A stretch of DNA of 64,000 bases from Octopus vulgaris (Eukaryota), in NCBI GenBank assembly GCA_951406725.2, contig OX597816.1, positions 4,092,001 through 4,156,000 on the forward strand, given 5' to 3'. The notes beneath the pieces are model-generated. The model was not told the DNA's origin. It ran no database searches and worked only from the letters and a program-made list of their open reading frames with translations. Positions 12,900 through 25,330 of this stretch are shown here, piece by piece; position 1 is the stretch's first letter, and each line of letters opens with the position of its first letter. The position numbers and the translations under genes are program-made.

Positions 12900-13298
12900 A
12901 TTCTTTTATATGTTTCAGTCCAATGACTGTGGCCATGCTGGAGCACCGCCATTGTTGCGATCATCTTTCCATTTTCAGTTTTGTCGGAGAGGCTTTTGGT
13001 GAAGGATGGATTTCGATGTTTACTGCCCTCTTTTGAGTTTCTTGCCTAGATTTTGGCTCATCCGGGATCTTGGGGAGCCAGAAGTCAAGTTCACGTTTGA
13101 AAACGTCTACATTCACTCCATGGTGGCTCCTCAGATGCTTCGGAAGACAATTAAACAGTTGTGGTCTCCTGAAACCAAAGCTATTGCAGTACATCGTCCT
13201 TGCCCCAGATGAAGCAGTCGGCACAGTGGAGAGAACACAGTGACGCCTTATTCATAGCTCTTTATTCCAAAGTTTGGTACCAGTCCCTCCAGTATCTT

Positions 13299-13335
<37 letters not shown>

Positions 13336-13540
13336 ACTGAATACCTCTCCCGCCTTCGTTCCAGGGAACAGAGTCGTAGCTCTTTCAATCTGTCCCAGTA
13401 GCTCAGTCGTTCCATTGATGCAATTTTCTTTGTGTAATGTCGTTGGACTGCTTCAAGCTCTGCTATCGTCCTTGTAGTATAAGGTGACCATAGCTGAGCG
13501 CAGTAGTCCAGTCGGCTGAAGATAAATTGCTTCCATAGTG

Positions 13541-13545
<5 letters not shown>
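12900..13545 (-). mobile_element. 5'-truncated CR1-group LINE: ORF2 C-terminus and 3' UTR
   Basis: Translates as SRLDYCAQLWSP..LEAVQR..TKKI..LSYWDRLKELRLCSLERRRER..WKILEGL and FNCLPK..FKRELDFWLPKIPDEP, typical of the CR1-group region after the RT domain. Confidence 0.85.
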
Positions 13546-13594
<49 letters not shown>

Positions 13595-13601
<7 letters not shown>

Positions 13602-13890
13602 ATTCGAGACAAAAACACTATTTTGCAAAACAAACAAGGAAAGACTTAATCAATACATAAAAAATTTTAATATAAAGAAATAAACCGCCACTACAATCGT
13701 TTCATGTCTTCAATGACTTCATAAATTAAAACAGATTAGGAGATCGAAAATCCACCTGACGAATGTCATTGAAGACATGAATCGATTGTAGTGGCGGTTT
13801 ATTTCTTTATATTAAAAATGTTTATGTATTGATTAAGTCTTTCCTTGTTTGTTTTGCAAAATAGTGGTTTTGTCTCGAATTATATTATAT
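13595..13890. mobile_element. Fold-back non-autonomous element (~125-bp arms) carrying a hammerhead motif, Penelope pLTR-like
   Basis: Arms 13595-13720 and 13760-13890 are reverse complements; set between (TA)n tracts. Confidence 0.8.
13752..13794 (+). ncRNA. Type I hammerhead motif, GAAT instead of GAAA in this arm
   Basis: ccac CTGACGA atgtc-attgaa-gacat GAAt cgattg TA gtgg; the other arm keeps GAAAcgattgTAgtgg. Confidence 0.75.
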
Positions 13891-13973
13891 AATATTTTAC
13901 TATAAAATTGGATTTAATCCTAAATCTGATTTTTCCCTGTAAATTTGGATTTATTCCCTAATATTTATTATTA

Positions 13974-14009
<36 letters not shown>

Positions 14010-14011
<2 letters not shown>

Positions 14012-14240
14012 GGAGTAAACACATAAATGTGAAACAAGGTGGAGAAAAGAGAACTCAAATACCAGAGGTAGAGTAATATGCTTTATATAAAAGCAGTAGA
14101 AATATAACAAAAGCTGTTACTCAGAGTTTCAAGTTCCCGTTCGTCGGACAGTTCTGCTAAAAAAAAAAACTGTCCGACGAACGGGAACGTGAAACTCTGA
14201 GTAACAGCTCTTGTTATATTTCTGCTGCTTTTAAATAAAG
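14010..14240. mobile_element. Fold-back element with one hammerhead motif on each strand, between (TA)n tracts
   Basis: Arms ~14081-14153 and 14168-14240; further copies at 8368-8490 and 52695-52822. Confidence 0.8.
14170..14207 (+). ncRNA. Minimal hammerhead motif with variant core CCGACGA (mirror copy 14114-14151, minus strand)
   Basis: ctgt CCGACGA acg-ggaa-cgt GAAA ctc-t-gag TA acag; all three stems pair. Confidence 0.75.
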
Positions 14241-14244
14241 TATA

Positions 14245-14275
<31 letters not shown>

Positions 14276-14330
14276 TTTATATGCTTCAGCTGCAAAGTTG
14301 CGATCATGCATATAATGGCACTCACACACT

Positions 14331-14373
<43 letters not shown>

Positions 14374-14499
14374 ATACACGCGCGCGCGAAACATACACAG
14401 GTACTCACACACACACCTATGATGTATAACATATTTCACGGGTTGTGTAATGTAATTGTAACGTTATTCTACATGCATTTCATGAATTCACGCGTGAAA

Positions 14500-14997
14500 T
14501 GTTTACAAAGTCAGAAAACAGCACAGCTCCCATGACGTTCGGAAACATGTTTTCACGCTAAGATTTGCTGAAGCATGGAACAAACTGCCAGCATCAGTTG
14601 TTAGTTGTCGGAGCACTGCATCCTTCAAAAATTCCATGCTTCCTGAGATTCGCCAACACTACACTTCCATATATACGCAAGCATGTATCTGACTCATTCA
14701 CTGTTCACTTTCCTGACATTTGTACGTGACCGTTGCCAGCCCCACCTCGACAGGCCTCCGTGCCGGTGGCACGTACAAAGCACCAACCGATCGTGGCCGT
14801 TGCCAGCCTCCACTGGCACCTGTGCCGGTGGCACGTAAATAGCACCCACTACACTCACGGAGTGGTTGGCGTTAGGAAGGGCATTCCAGCTGTAGAAACA
14901 CTGTCAGATCAGACTGGAGCCTGGTGCAGCCTCCTGGCTTCCCAGACCCCAGCCGAACCGTCCAACCCATGCTAGCATGGAAAACGGACGTTAAACA

Positions 14998-15030
<33 letters not shown>

Positions 15031-15103
15031 CATATGCTTTATATGCACTTTTGACAAGTTGTGGTGCACCTGAGTACTGTATACAATAATTTCATTATTA
15101 TTA
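14500..15103 (+). mobile_element. CR1-group LINE 3' end, interrupted by the element at 14726-15030
   Basis: RKHVFTLRFAEAWNKLPASVVSCRSTASFK matches the WNxLPxxVV..FK motif; the 3' UTR resumes at 15031 and ends in (att)n. Confidence 0.7.
14726..15030 (+). mobile_element. SINE-D / RTE-tailed retroposon with (ATG)n tail
   Basis: Repeated gtgccggtggcacgta units; end acccatgctagcatggaaaacggacgttaaa(tga)n; second copy at 46749-47100 (minus). Confidence 0.7.
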
Positions 15104-16873
15104 TCTAAAAATTAGCATGTCATATTTCGTCGATATTTCAGTTCGCTCTTGGTAGGATACCATTACGAAAGCTGAGAAAGAATTTCCGTTAATATAGGCA
15201 AAGAGATAATAAACATGTGCCTTTTTCATTTAATATTTTCATTATGTGTGTTAGTAAACTAATTCTAGTGTGTATAAGCTAGGAAAATAATTAGAGTGTG
15301 TGTAAACATTTCAACTGTGAAAAAGGCCCCACCAGATATTTTAAATAAGGGTTGCTATTTTTGGAGGGCGTATATGTGTTGCTTAAATCATGTAAGAACT
15401 CCTTGACGTTTTTAAAATGTATCTTTGTGCTGAGCTTATGCGATTTTTCAATGAATTTTCTCTAATATTGACGCATTCAGATTCCTACTGCTTATTGTTA
15501 GATGTAAGCTCTTGCCTAAGTAACGGATTTTCTCTTAACCATTTGCCCTTTCTCGAACATACATTCTGTGAATTACTATCGCAATGTACGCATTGATATT
15601 GTTTATTTTCTGGTAAACAAAACAAAATTAATGCTTATTATGGAACATATACGCCATAAAAACGAGAAACCGGCCTTACGCTCCTTACAGAGTAATGTGA
15701 AGTAACCATTATTAACGGATCATAATGTCTTAGTTGTGGTGTTAAGCCGCTTGAGTTACATCTCTCGGATTTAAATCTTAGAAGCAAAAGAGCCGCGAGA
15801 CATATTGCAATGCATCCGGTCTAACAGTCTTAGAGCTCCACCTATCCACGGTCTTATCGATTTATGGACGAAAGGCTAAGTTTACCTCGACACGTATTGA
15901 ATACATTCGAGTTAGCATTCACAAATATCGGAAGATCCCAGTTACATTTTCATTCGAAAACTTTTCTCCGCAGTGCAGAGTTTACAGCTTTTGATACCAT
16001 CTGTATATCTTTCAACGATAGTTCAGTTACTATTTACGTTCTTGGCTAAAGACCAGATATGACTCGAGAGCGTTCGTTTATTTATATTTCTAAAATATTG
16101 CAAGCAGAGTGCCTTTAAAACACATTCCCTATCTTAAAACCTAAACAGAAACATTTAATCTGACAGGAATTAAAAGAATCACTTCACCAAGGTATCGATA
16201 TGTTTGTAAGTAAAACCAGAGATTCTCATTGTGTGAGCATACATGTAATTATATAGAATATCTAGAATATCGCCATTGCAGCTTACATACCATTCTTCAT
16301 AAATGTTCTTCTTACACTACTTGCACTAATATTCAGTGATACGGATTTCATGCAATTTTTCTGAAGGCATAATGCAATTTATGCAAAATAAACTGTTGGC
16401 TGTTCTTTAGAAGAGAAGAAAAAAAATCAGATGACTTCACTGAAACATATTTAACTTAGTTTGATGCTGCGAACTCTAGACATTAATTCACATGAATAAA
16501 TTTAGTTAGCAGACGTCAAAAGAATATACAACATGTAAAATGTTATGGCGTTCTTGTAACGCCGTGTATCAGTCTCTGACATTATACTTAAACAAAGATG
16601 ATACGGAAAGTAATTGCAATTGAAGTTCAAAATTGGTATTACGAAATTACACACACACATACATACGACCACATACACAAACACGAATGTATGTGTATGT
16701 GTACATACACACACGCACACACATCTCTCTCTAATATATATATGTGTGTGTGTGTGAATGTATGCGCGTATGTGTGTGCGTGTGTGAGTGTGTGTGCATG
16801 TTGTAATACCAATTTTCAATTTACATTTCAATTCCTTTCCCTATCATCTTTGTTTAACAATGCACACACACAG

Positions 16874-16920
<47 letters not shown>

Positions 16921-17036
16921 TATACATATCTATATCTATATACACACACATATATATCTCTATATCTATCTATCTATCTATCTCTATCTATCTCTCTCTA
17001 ATATATACACATCTAATTCCAATGCTATATATATTC

Positions 17037-17072
<36 letters not shown>

Positions 17073-17073
17073 G

Positions 17074-17116
<43 letters not shown>

Positions 17117-17165
17117 ATGTTGTGTGTGTGTGTTTGTGCGTGTGTGTGTGTGTGTATATGAGTGT

Positions 17166-17199
<34 letters not shown>

Positions 17200-17929
17200 A
17201 TAGCAATAGAATCAGATGTCCTCAGCCTCTAAAGATTTGCAAAACGTACTTGAGTCAACGGATGAAATCGAAAACTATTGCATTAAACAATTCATTCGTG
17301 ATTGAGACGCTAAGCCGACTTCTCAAAGTAATTTACTGCAGCACAACTCTCCTCCATCATTTATGAATCCATGAAAGACAACGTCGATGAAGTAATATTA
17401 TATTACATCGAGTATTTGTCAGTAGGATTGTGTGTGTGTGTGTAAGTGTATATGCAAAGTGGTGTTTCCATCTTCTGTCATAAAGATCAATTAATATCAC
17501 CATATTTTCTCCGATGTAGAGTGAATCCGGTTTGCGATACATTAGCGTAAATTTAAGGACCAGTCACTTAGCAAAAAGTACTTATTTGCCAGATTAGCTA
17601 AGTACTTTTTCATGTTAATTTCCTTTCCAATATTTGAAAATATGCATTCAAGCATTTTATATTCTGGAAATCTATTTCTCGCATATAACTTGAAAAAAAA
17701 AAAGAAACAAAATGTGGGGCTGATTGCATTTTATCCATGTCGGCAGGTGAACTTTCAAAGTAGGTTTAATCTTCAGTGTCATTTACTAATAGGTTTGACA
17801 CAAAGATACAGCAGTTTAAAAACAAAGCGTTAACACCTGATCATCCAATCAAAAACACTGAATTAGAGAAGATGGTGCTAAACATAGCCTCAACAACTGA
17901 GATATTCTTGTGCTAAATATATTCTTTTA

Positions 17930-18130
17930 TTCTTTCATTCTTTTATTTGTTTCAGTCGTATGACTGCGGCCATGCTGGGGCACCGCCTTTAGTCAAATAA
18001 ATCGACTCCGGGACTTATTCTTTGGAAACCTAGTACTTATTCTATCGGTGTCTTTTCCTGGTTGTCAAACGATGGTGGGGGGACATACACAGGCACAAAC
18101 ACACACACATACATACATACGTATATATAT

Positions 18131-18191
<61 letters not shown>

Positions 18192-18408
18192 TTCAAGCAT
18201 TTTATATTCGGGAAATCTATTTCTCGCATATAACTTGAAAAAATACTGATAGGGCACCGAAAATGTGTCTATAGCCAGCTGGAGGAGGTGTCCTCCTGGG
18301 GCTACAAACTACAGTAGCATCCACCCTTAGGGGTTAGCCATATTCAAATGGCAAATATACGTCACGATGTGTTGCTGCTACTGTTTATAACTGGCTCTGA
18401 GATTTATC

Positions 18409-18474
<66 letters not shown>

Positions 18475-19030
18475 ACGGGCTTCTTTCAGTTTCTCTCAAC
18501 CAAATCCATTCACAAGGCTTTGGTCGGCCCGAGGCTATACTGGATTCCCAGACTGGCTTGTGTGTTGTGTTCTTGAGCAAGACACTTTATTTCATGTTGC
18601 TCCAGTTCAGTCAGGTGTAGAAATGAGTTGCAACATCACAGGTGCCAAGCTGTGTTGGTTTTTGCCCTTCCTTTGGATAACATTGGTGGTGTGGAGTGGG
18701 GGGGCTGGTATGCATGGGCAATTGCTGGTCTTCCGTAAACAACCTTGCCCAGATTTTTGCTTCAGAGGGGTACTTTGCAAAGGGGGTCTTTACCCTTTTA
18801 GTATATCATAGTTGAATAATGAAATATGGTGTTCCAACAAGCAATAATATATGTGTACCAGTTGCCAGGAATGTATTTAATATATAAAACTATTATTTCC
18901 AATTTACACCATTAAATTTAGTGGCTATTTAAACAATATATTCGTGTTTGCCCAACGTGCCACGCAGTGGGACTGAATCCGAAACCATGTGGTTGGTAAG
19001 CAGGCTACTTACCACACAACCACTCCTACG
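17930..19030 (-). mobile_element. Fragmented SINE-A interrupted by (TA)n and by a plus-strand SINE-F-like insert (~18541-18810)
   Basis: A tail at 17930-18110, A body at 18470-18540, A head at 18948-19030. Confidence 0.7.
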
Positions 19031-19924
19031 TCTCTAGAAAAACTGATGGAAAGTTGTATATCCAGCATTTTCCTTCATTAATTCTATGCAAAGACTTATA
19101 ATTGATACGTGGTTGGTGCTTATAAGAATGGTTTTGACATTTCTAACAGATATTAGGTGTGGCAATCAATTCTACCAAACTTCCATTGCTTACTACTTTG
19201 ATAACTGATCGGTGAAGTGATAATAAGAAACAGAGACGAATACACAAGACGATGCTGAAAACATCAGAGAAGCAATTAGCAAGAGTAACCGATATATCAT
19301 TGACTTAGATAAGGAACTAGTGATCATTATCGCCTATTATTCGAACAAAATCAATTTTGAAACATATAACTATGTAACCTGATGTCACTGTAGAGGCTTA
19401 CGTTGTTCCACACGCATTTACAGACAACTGTATTTGGCTCTAACTAAAAGAAATACTTCACATTGTCACACAGCCTGCACAAAATAACAGCCACAAAGCA
19501 CGCCATGACGTCTTGAATCAGATACACTTAATTATGTAGTGTGGGTGGATATTTCTGAAAAACTACAGGTTGTTTACGGTTTGGAAATATTTTGATTATA
19601 GGGCTGATCTGGCAGTGTCTAATTGGGGGTTAAAATCAACGACAACAACACATAACAACAATGTCTCTTTGACGTGCTTGTAATATTATAGCAATAACAA
19701 AATACATTTTATTTCTTTGGTAATTATTTATTCTACGCATTTTCCGTTTACAAACATAACCAATAAATAAAGATTCATTTTGTTGTGTTGACAAACTCCA
19801 ATAAAATATAAAAATGTCACCCAATATTTTGTTATGAAATTAAGTTAATAGATATGGCGTCTGTTATATATAGGCGAGTGAACATTTCAAAACTGTCTTA
19901 ATCATAGTAAACAAACTTTAATAA

Positions 19925-21150
19925 TAATCTTTTCTACTCTAGACAGAAATTTTGGTAGTGGTGATGGTGGTACTGGTACTTAATTTATCGACCCCGAAAG
20001 GATGAAAGGAAAGTCGATCTCGGCGGAATTTGAACTCAGAACGTAACGGCAGACGGCAAAATTTAATAATAATGATATTGTTGTTATAATATGTTTGTTA
20101 ATTGAACTACATATATCATATGATTACTGAATACGCGTGGTGGTTAGGGTACTGCGCTCATGATACCTAGATAATGAGATCGATTCAAGGATCGGGCGCT
20201 GCGTTGTGTTCTTGAGCAAAACACTTCATTTCCTGTTGCTTCAGTCCACTCAGCTGTAGATGTCACGGACTAGTTTCCGATCCTTGGGAATGTTGGCATC
20301 AATACCTATTTCTTTACTACCCACAAGGGGCTAAGTACAGGGAGGACAAACAAGGACAGACAAACGGATTAAGTCGATTATATCTATCCCAGTGCGTAGC
20401 TGGTACTTAATTTATCGACCCCGAAAGGATGAAAGGCGAAGTCGACCTCGGTGGAATTTGAACTCAGAACGTAACGGCAGACGAAATATGGCTACGCATT
20501 TCGGCCGGCTTGCAAACGTTTCTGCCAGCTCGCCGCCTTATCGCATCGATACTGTGATATCATATCATAAATACAAACATAGATAAGGGAATCGATCATT
20601 TAATAGAAATATATTCATATGATTTTAATGTATTTACTCTCAGAGAAATTGCGAATAAATTAGGATAATTAATTTTTTTAATTAACCTTGTTACACGCTT
20701 TCAAAAATGCCATCACCATGCAACAATAAATACATATTTCATATTTGTATGAATATATACGTTTGGTTACATGGGAAATTTAAAATAAGAGAAACTCTAA
20801 GGCGATATATGCATAAGAGAACTTTTAGATAACATTCCTTTCTCTAAATGTTAATCACTTGATGGATTTTTTTTATTGCTCGTAGACACCATTTTCTTTT
20901 AGTCTCGTTACTATATATTTCTTTATTGCTAACAGGGAGCTAAACATAGAGAGTACAAACAAGGACAGAAGGACAGACAAAGGGAGTAAGTCGACTGCAT
21001 CGACCCCAGTGCATAACTGGTACTTATTTATTCGACCCCAAAAAGATGAAAGGCAAAGTCAATCTCGGCGGAATTTGAACTCAGAACGTAACGGCAGACG
21101 AAATATCGCTGAGAATTTCGCTTGGCGTGCTAACCATTCTGCCAGCTCAC
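19925..21150. mobile_element. Cluster of SINE-B copies (19925-20055, 20301-20540, 20915-21150; minus) and SINE-F (20135-20300; plus)
   Basis: Family diagnostic motifs. Confidence 0.8.
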
Positions 21151-21487
21151 CATTCCTAGTCGCTTTGCTATTTGAGAAATTCTTTAACTGTTAACGAAGC
21201 ATTGGCTAGCATCTTTTCTGACAGCTAATTACAGTTTTGCATAATGCTTCATGAAGAATTACATGTCTACCATAGAGACAGAACCCAGAAACAAAAGTTC
21301 CAATCATATAATATGAACCTTTCTATCATTAAAGCAATCACTCATTGCTCCCGTTGGTTCACCTTTTGGTAGCTACAACTTCGTTGCTACCTGGAACAAT
21401 AATTAATTAGCTTCGCTTTATCACGGTCTCGAATCCAATTTCAATTTACTAACCGATATATCATATTTCTATATAAACTTCCGGTAT

Positions 21488-21872
21488 ATCTTTTACTTGT
21501 TTCAGGTATTAGATTGCGGCCATGCTCGACCACAGCAATGAAGAATGTTTAATCGAATGAATCCCCAGTACTTAGTCTTTTAAGCATGTTACTTATTCCA
21601 TTATTCTCTTTCTCGAACCGCTAAGTTATGAAGACGTAAACACACCAGCACCGGTTGTTAACACGTAGTGCAAGATAAACACAAGCACAAACACTCAGTC
21701 AGTCTCTCTCTTTCTCTCTCTCTCACACACACACAACATACATACATACACATAAATGATGGCTTCTTTCAGTTTCCGTCTACCAAATCCGCTTACAAGG
21801 CTTTGGTTAGACCAAGGTTTTAATTGAAAATATTTGCTCAAGGTGCCACGCAGTACGACTGAACTCGGAACC
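21488..21872 (-). mobile_element. SINE-A, diverged
   Basis: Reverse complement of the A consensus. Confidence 0.8.
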
Positions 21873-21896
21873 AGAAACAAACATCATATATATATA

Positions 21897-22044
21897 TAGT
21901 TGGAATTTACAAAGACAAAAGACGAAGACAGGTGTGTAAACAACGAGCAGGTGTATTAGTTTGACGCTAGGGTAAGTGATAAATTCTTTTACGTATCGCG
22001 CGTACGCTCTTCAACAGAACGGAGCACGAAATAATAAAATGAGA

Positions 22045-22046
<2 letters not shown>
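21897..22046 (-). mobile_element. Short element with a decayed hammerhead-like motif; second copy at ~28420-28596 (plus)
   Basis: ttCTGtTGAagagcgtacgcgcGAtAcgTAaaag followed by the shared tail aaactaatacac..gttgtt..acacctgtc. Confidence 0.55.
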
Positions 22047-22129
<83 letters not shown>

Positions 22130-22136
22130 CATATAG

Positions 22137-22518
22137 ACGCAGGAGTGGCTGTGTGGTAAGAAGCTAGCTTCCCAAGCACATGGTTCCAGGTTCAGTTCCA
22201 CATCTTGGGCAAGGGTCTTCTGCTATAGCTTCGGGTCGACCAAAGCCTTGTGATTGGATTTGGTAGACAGAAACTGGAAGAAGCCCGTCGTATATATATA
22301 TATATGTGTGTTTGTGTGTATATTTATGTGTGAGTCTGTGTGAGTCCCCCATCGTCGCTTGACAACCCATGGTGTGTTTACGTTCGCGTAACTTAGCGGT
22401 TCGGCAAAAAATACTAGGCTTGCATAGAATAAGTCCTGGGGTCGATTTGTTCGACTAAATGTTGTGCTCCAGCATAGCCGCAGTCAAATGACTGAAACAA
22501 GTAAAAGAATAAAAGAAT
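22137..22518 (+). mobile_element. SINE-A
   Basis: Matches the A consensus. Confidence 0.85.
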
Positions 22519-22548
22519 ATATATATATATATTCATATACATACATCC

Positions 22549-22594
<46 letters not shown>

Positions 22595-22607
22595 GCATAT
22601 ATCTATC

Positions 22608-22640
<33 letters not shown>

Positions 22641-22744
22641 GTATGTATATGTATATAAACCGATATATCATATCTCTATATATGAACATTACGTAAATCA
22701 AATTCAGTGCAAACATATTTTATATTGGCAAGATTCCCCATAAA

Positions 22745-23361
22745 TAAGGTGGTGAGCTGGAAAAATCGTTGCCGCGCTGAGTAAAATGCTTATTGGCATT
22801 TTTTCCATCTCCGCAATCTGAGTTCAGGTTCCGGCAAGGTGGACTTTGCGTTTTACCCTTCTGGGTTCGATAAAATAAGTACCAGTTGGGAACTGGAGAT
22901 CGACAAAATTGTCTTCCCTCGTCGCTCGAAATTGCTGGCCTTGTACCAAAATTTAAAACCAACATTAATCTTTATCGTCGTGGCACTCCGTCGGTTGCGA
23001 CGGCGAAGGTTCCAGTTGATCCAATCAACGGAACAGCCTGCTCGTGAAATTAACGTGCAAGTGGCTGAGTACTCCACAGACACGTGTACCCTTAATATAG
23101 TTCTCAGGGAGATTCAGCGTGTCACAGAGTACGACAAGGCCGGCCCTTTGAAATACAGGTACAACAGAAACAGGAAGAAAGAGTGAGGGAATGTTGTGGT
23201 GAAAAAGCATAGCAGGATTCGCCACTACCTCCTGCCGGAGCCTCGTGGAGCTTTAGGTGTTTTCGCTCAAAAAATACTTACAACGCCCGGTTTGGGAATC
23301 GAAACTGCAATCCTATGACCGCAAGTCCGCTGCCCTAACCACTAGGCCATTGCGCCTCCAC
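22745..23361. mobile_element. SINE-B beta (22745-22960, plus) and SINE-C (22980-23361, minus)
   Basis: Family motifs. Confidence 0.85.
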
Positions 23362-24700
23362 CATCCTATATAATATAAAATGGCAAAAGAAAATGCTAAT
23401 GTTCAGTGACTAATTTTGTCATTTGTTTGGCAAATGCGGACTCAAATTTAGAGATATTTGGAGCCCTAATTTCGTCAGGGAAAGTTGTGCAGTGAATGTA
23501 AAGCAGCGTTCAGTGATTGACTGGGTTTTTACAAATGATATAATTCACAGACGCCACACGCCTTTTTATAAAAGCAACAAAAAAGAAACATGGTTAACTT
23601 ATATAAAGCATATATTATAGGCGTAGCTAGAAATAGATATGTCCTGGAACCCAAACGATATTAGTCAATATTTAATTGTAGTTTGATTTTCGAGTAAATG
23701 ATAGCGGTAACGTTAGATATTTATGATATCATGGTTATATTTCATGTGTTATTTACAATTATATAACGACTAGACAAAATAGCATCAGCGTATAATTTAA
23801 TTCCTAAATATTTCAAACTTACTTCGCCACTAAACGAAGAATTTCCGTTATTTACAGAGTGAATCACTCAAACATTACAACTAGAAGAATGGTGAAAGCA
23901 ACGCTTCACTTGCAAAATCAAAATTAATTCGAAAACCTTCCCGAAATTGTGTCTCGTATTTGCTTGGAAAATATAAATGATATTAAAATAAAATTATGCC
24001 ATTTGGTTAATATTTATATTTTCTTACCAAATATCTATTTCAGGTTTGATAACATTTCACGTAAATACGTTAATACTAACTTATCTGTAACTAAACTTTT
24101 TTAATTATTTAATCCGCACATGGTAAACTGCACTTTAGGAGACTACAAACTCAGAATGCGTGTTACTGGAACTAAATTCACCAAAGTGTTCACAGCGGTG
24201 ACCTCCTATTAACTCACTACTCCACACAACTATACCATTCCTACTTAAAGATTCTCCTATAATAGATAAGCAATAAATCCCCGGATGCTGATAAATGAAT
24301 TAATTTCCGCTCCTGTCGATTGCTTGTTGAAATCTTTGTAATTCATTTAGTAATATCTACAGGGGAAACCAAGCTCTTCACAACTAAGCATTTTCCATTC
24401 TAAATACGATGCCATCGTGCTTACGAACCCAATCTGTTTGTACTTTTGTGTTTGTACTTTGTTTGCTATCTCAATAAATTATTTCCAGTGATTGCGAGAT
24501 TTCCTCGCTTCGTCATTTTCTCTTCAAGAACGATTAACTAAACCATTTCCAATATTCGTCGTTGTTATTATCCAAGGAATATCATTTGTGGCGTTATTTA
24601 ACTTTAGACAGTCTTCCAATCATTTTCTACGCCTACTCAAAATTTAGCCTAGAGAAGCTTCTTCCGGTGTCATTAAACGACTTTCATAATAAAAAGGAAT

Positions 24701-24872
24701 AGGCGCAGGAGTGGCTGTGTGGTAAGTAGCTTGCTAACCAACCACATGGTTCCGGGTTCAGTCCCACTGCGTGGCATCTTGGGCAAGTGTCTTCTGCTAT
24801 AGCTCCGGGCCGACCAATGCCTTGTGAGTGGATTTGGTAGACGGAAACTGAAAGAAGCCTGTCGTATATATG

Positions 24873-24926
<54 letters not shown>

Positions 24927-25136
24927 TGTGTTTGTCCCCCTAGTATTGCTTGACAACCGATGCTGGTGTGTTTACGTCCCCATCACTTAGCGGTTCGGCA
25001 AAAGAGACCGATAGAATAAGTACTGGGCTTACAAAGAATAAGTCCCGGGGTCGATTTGCTCGACTAAAGGCGGTGCTCCAGCATGGCCGCAGTCAAATGA
25101 CTGAAACAAGTAAAAGAGTAAAAGAGTAAAAGAGTA
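24701..25136 (+). mobile_element. SINE-A, young full-length copy with (aaagagta)n tail
   Basis: Intact A and B boxes and a tail repeated three times. Confidence 0.92.
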
Positions 25137-25267
25137 TATATACAGGTTCGCACTTTCAACACGTACATACTGCTTAAATGCATGCAGAATCATGTCATGA
25201 ATATAGAGAGAGGTAGAGAGATAGATAGAAAGAGAGAGAGAGGGGGGAGAGAGAGAAAGAGAGAGAG

Positions 25268-25330
<63 letters not shown>

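Noticed and set aside
19610-19632. miR-34-like sequence tggcagtgtct
   Set aside because: Only 11 nt match and there is no precursor hairpin
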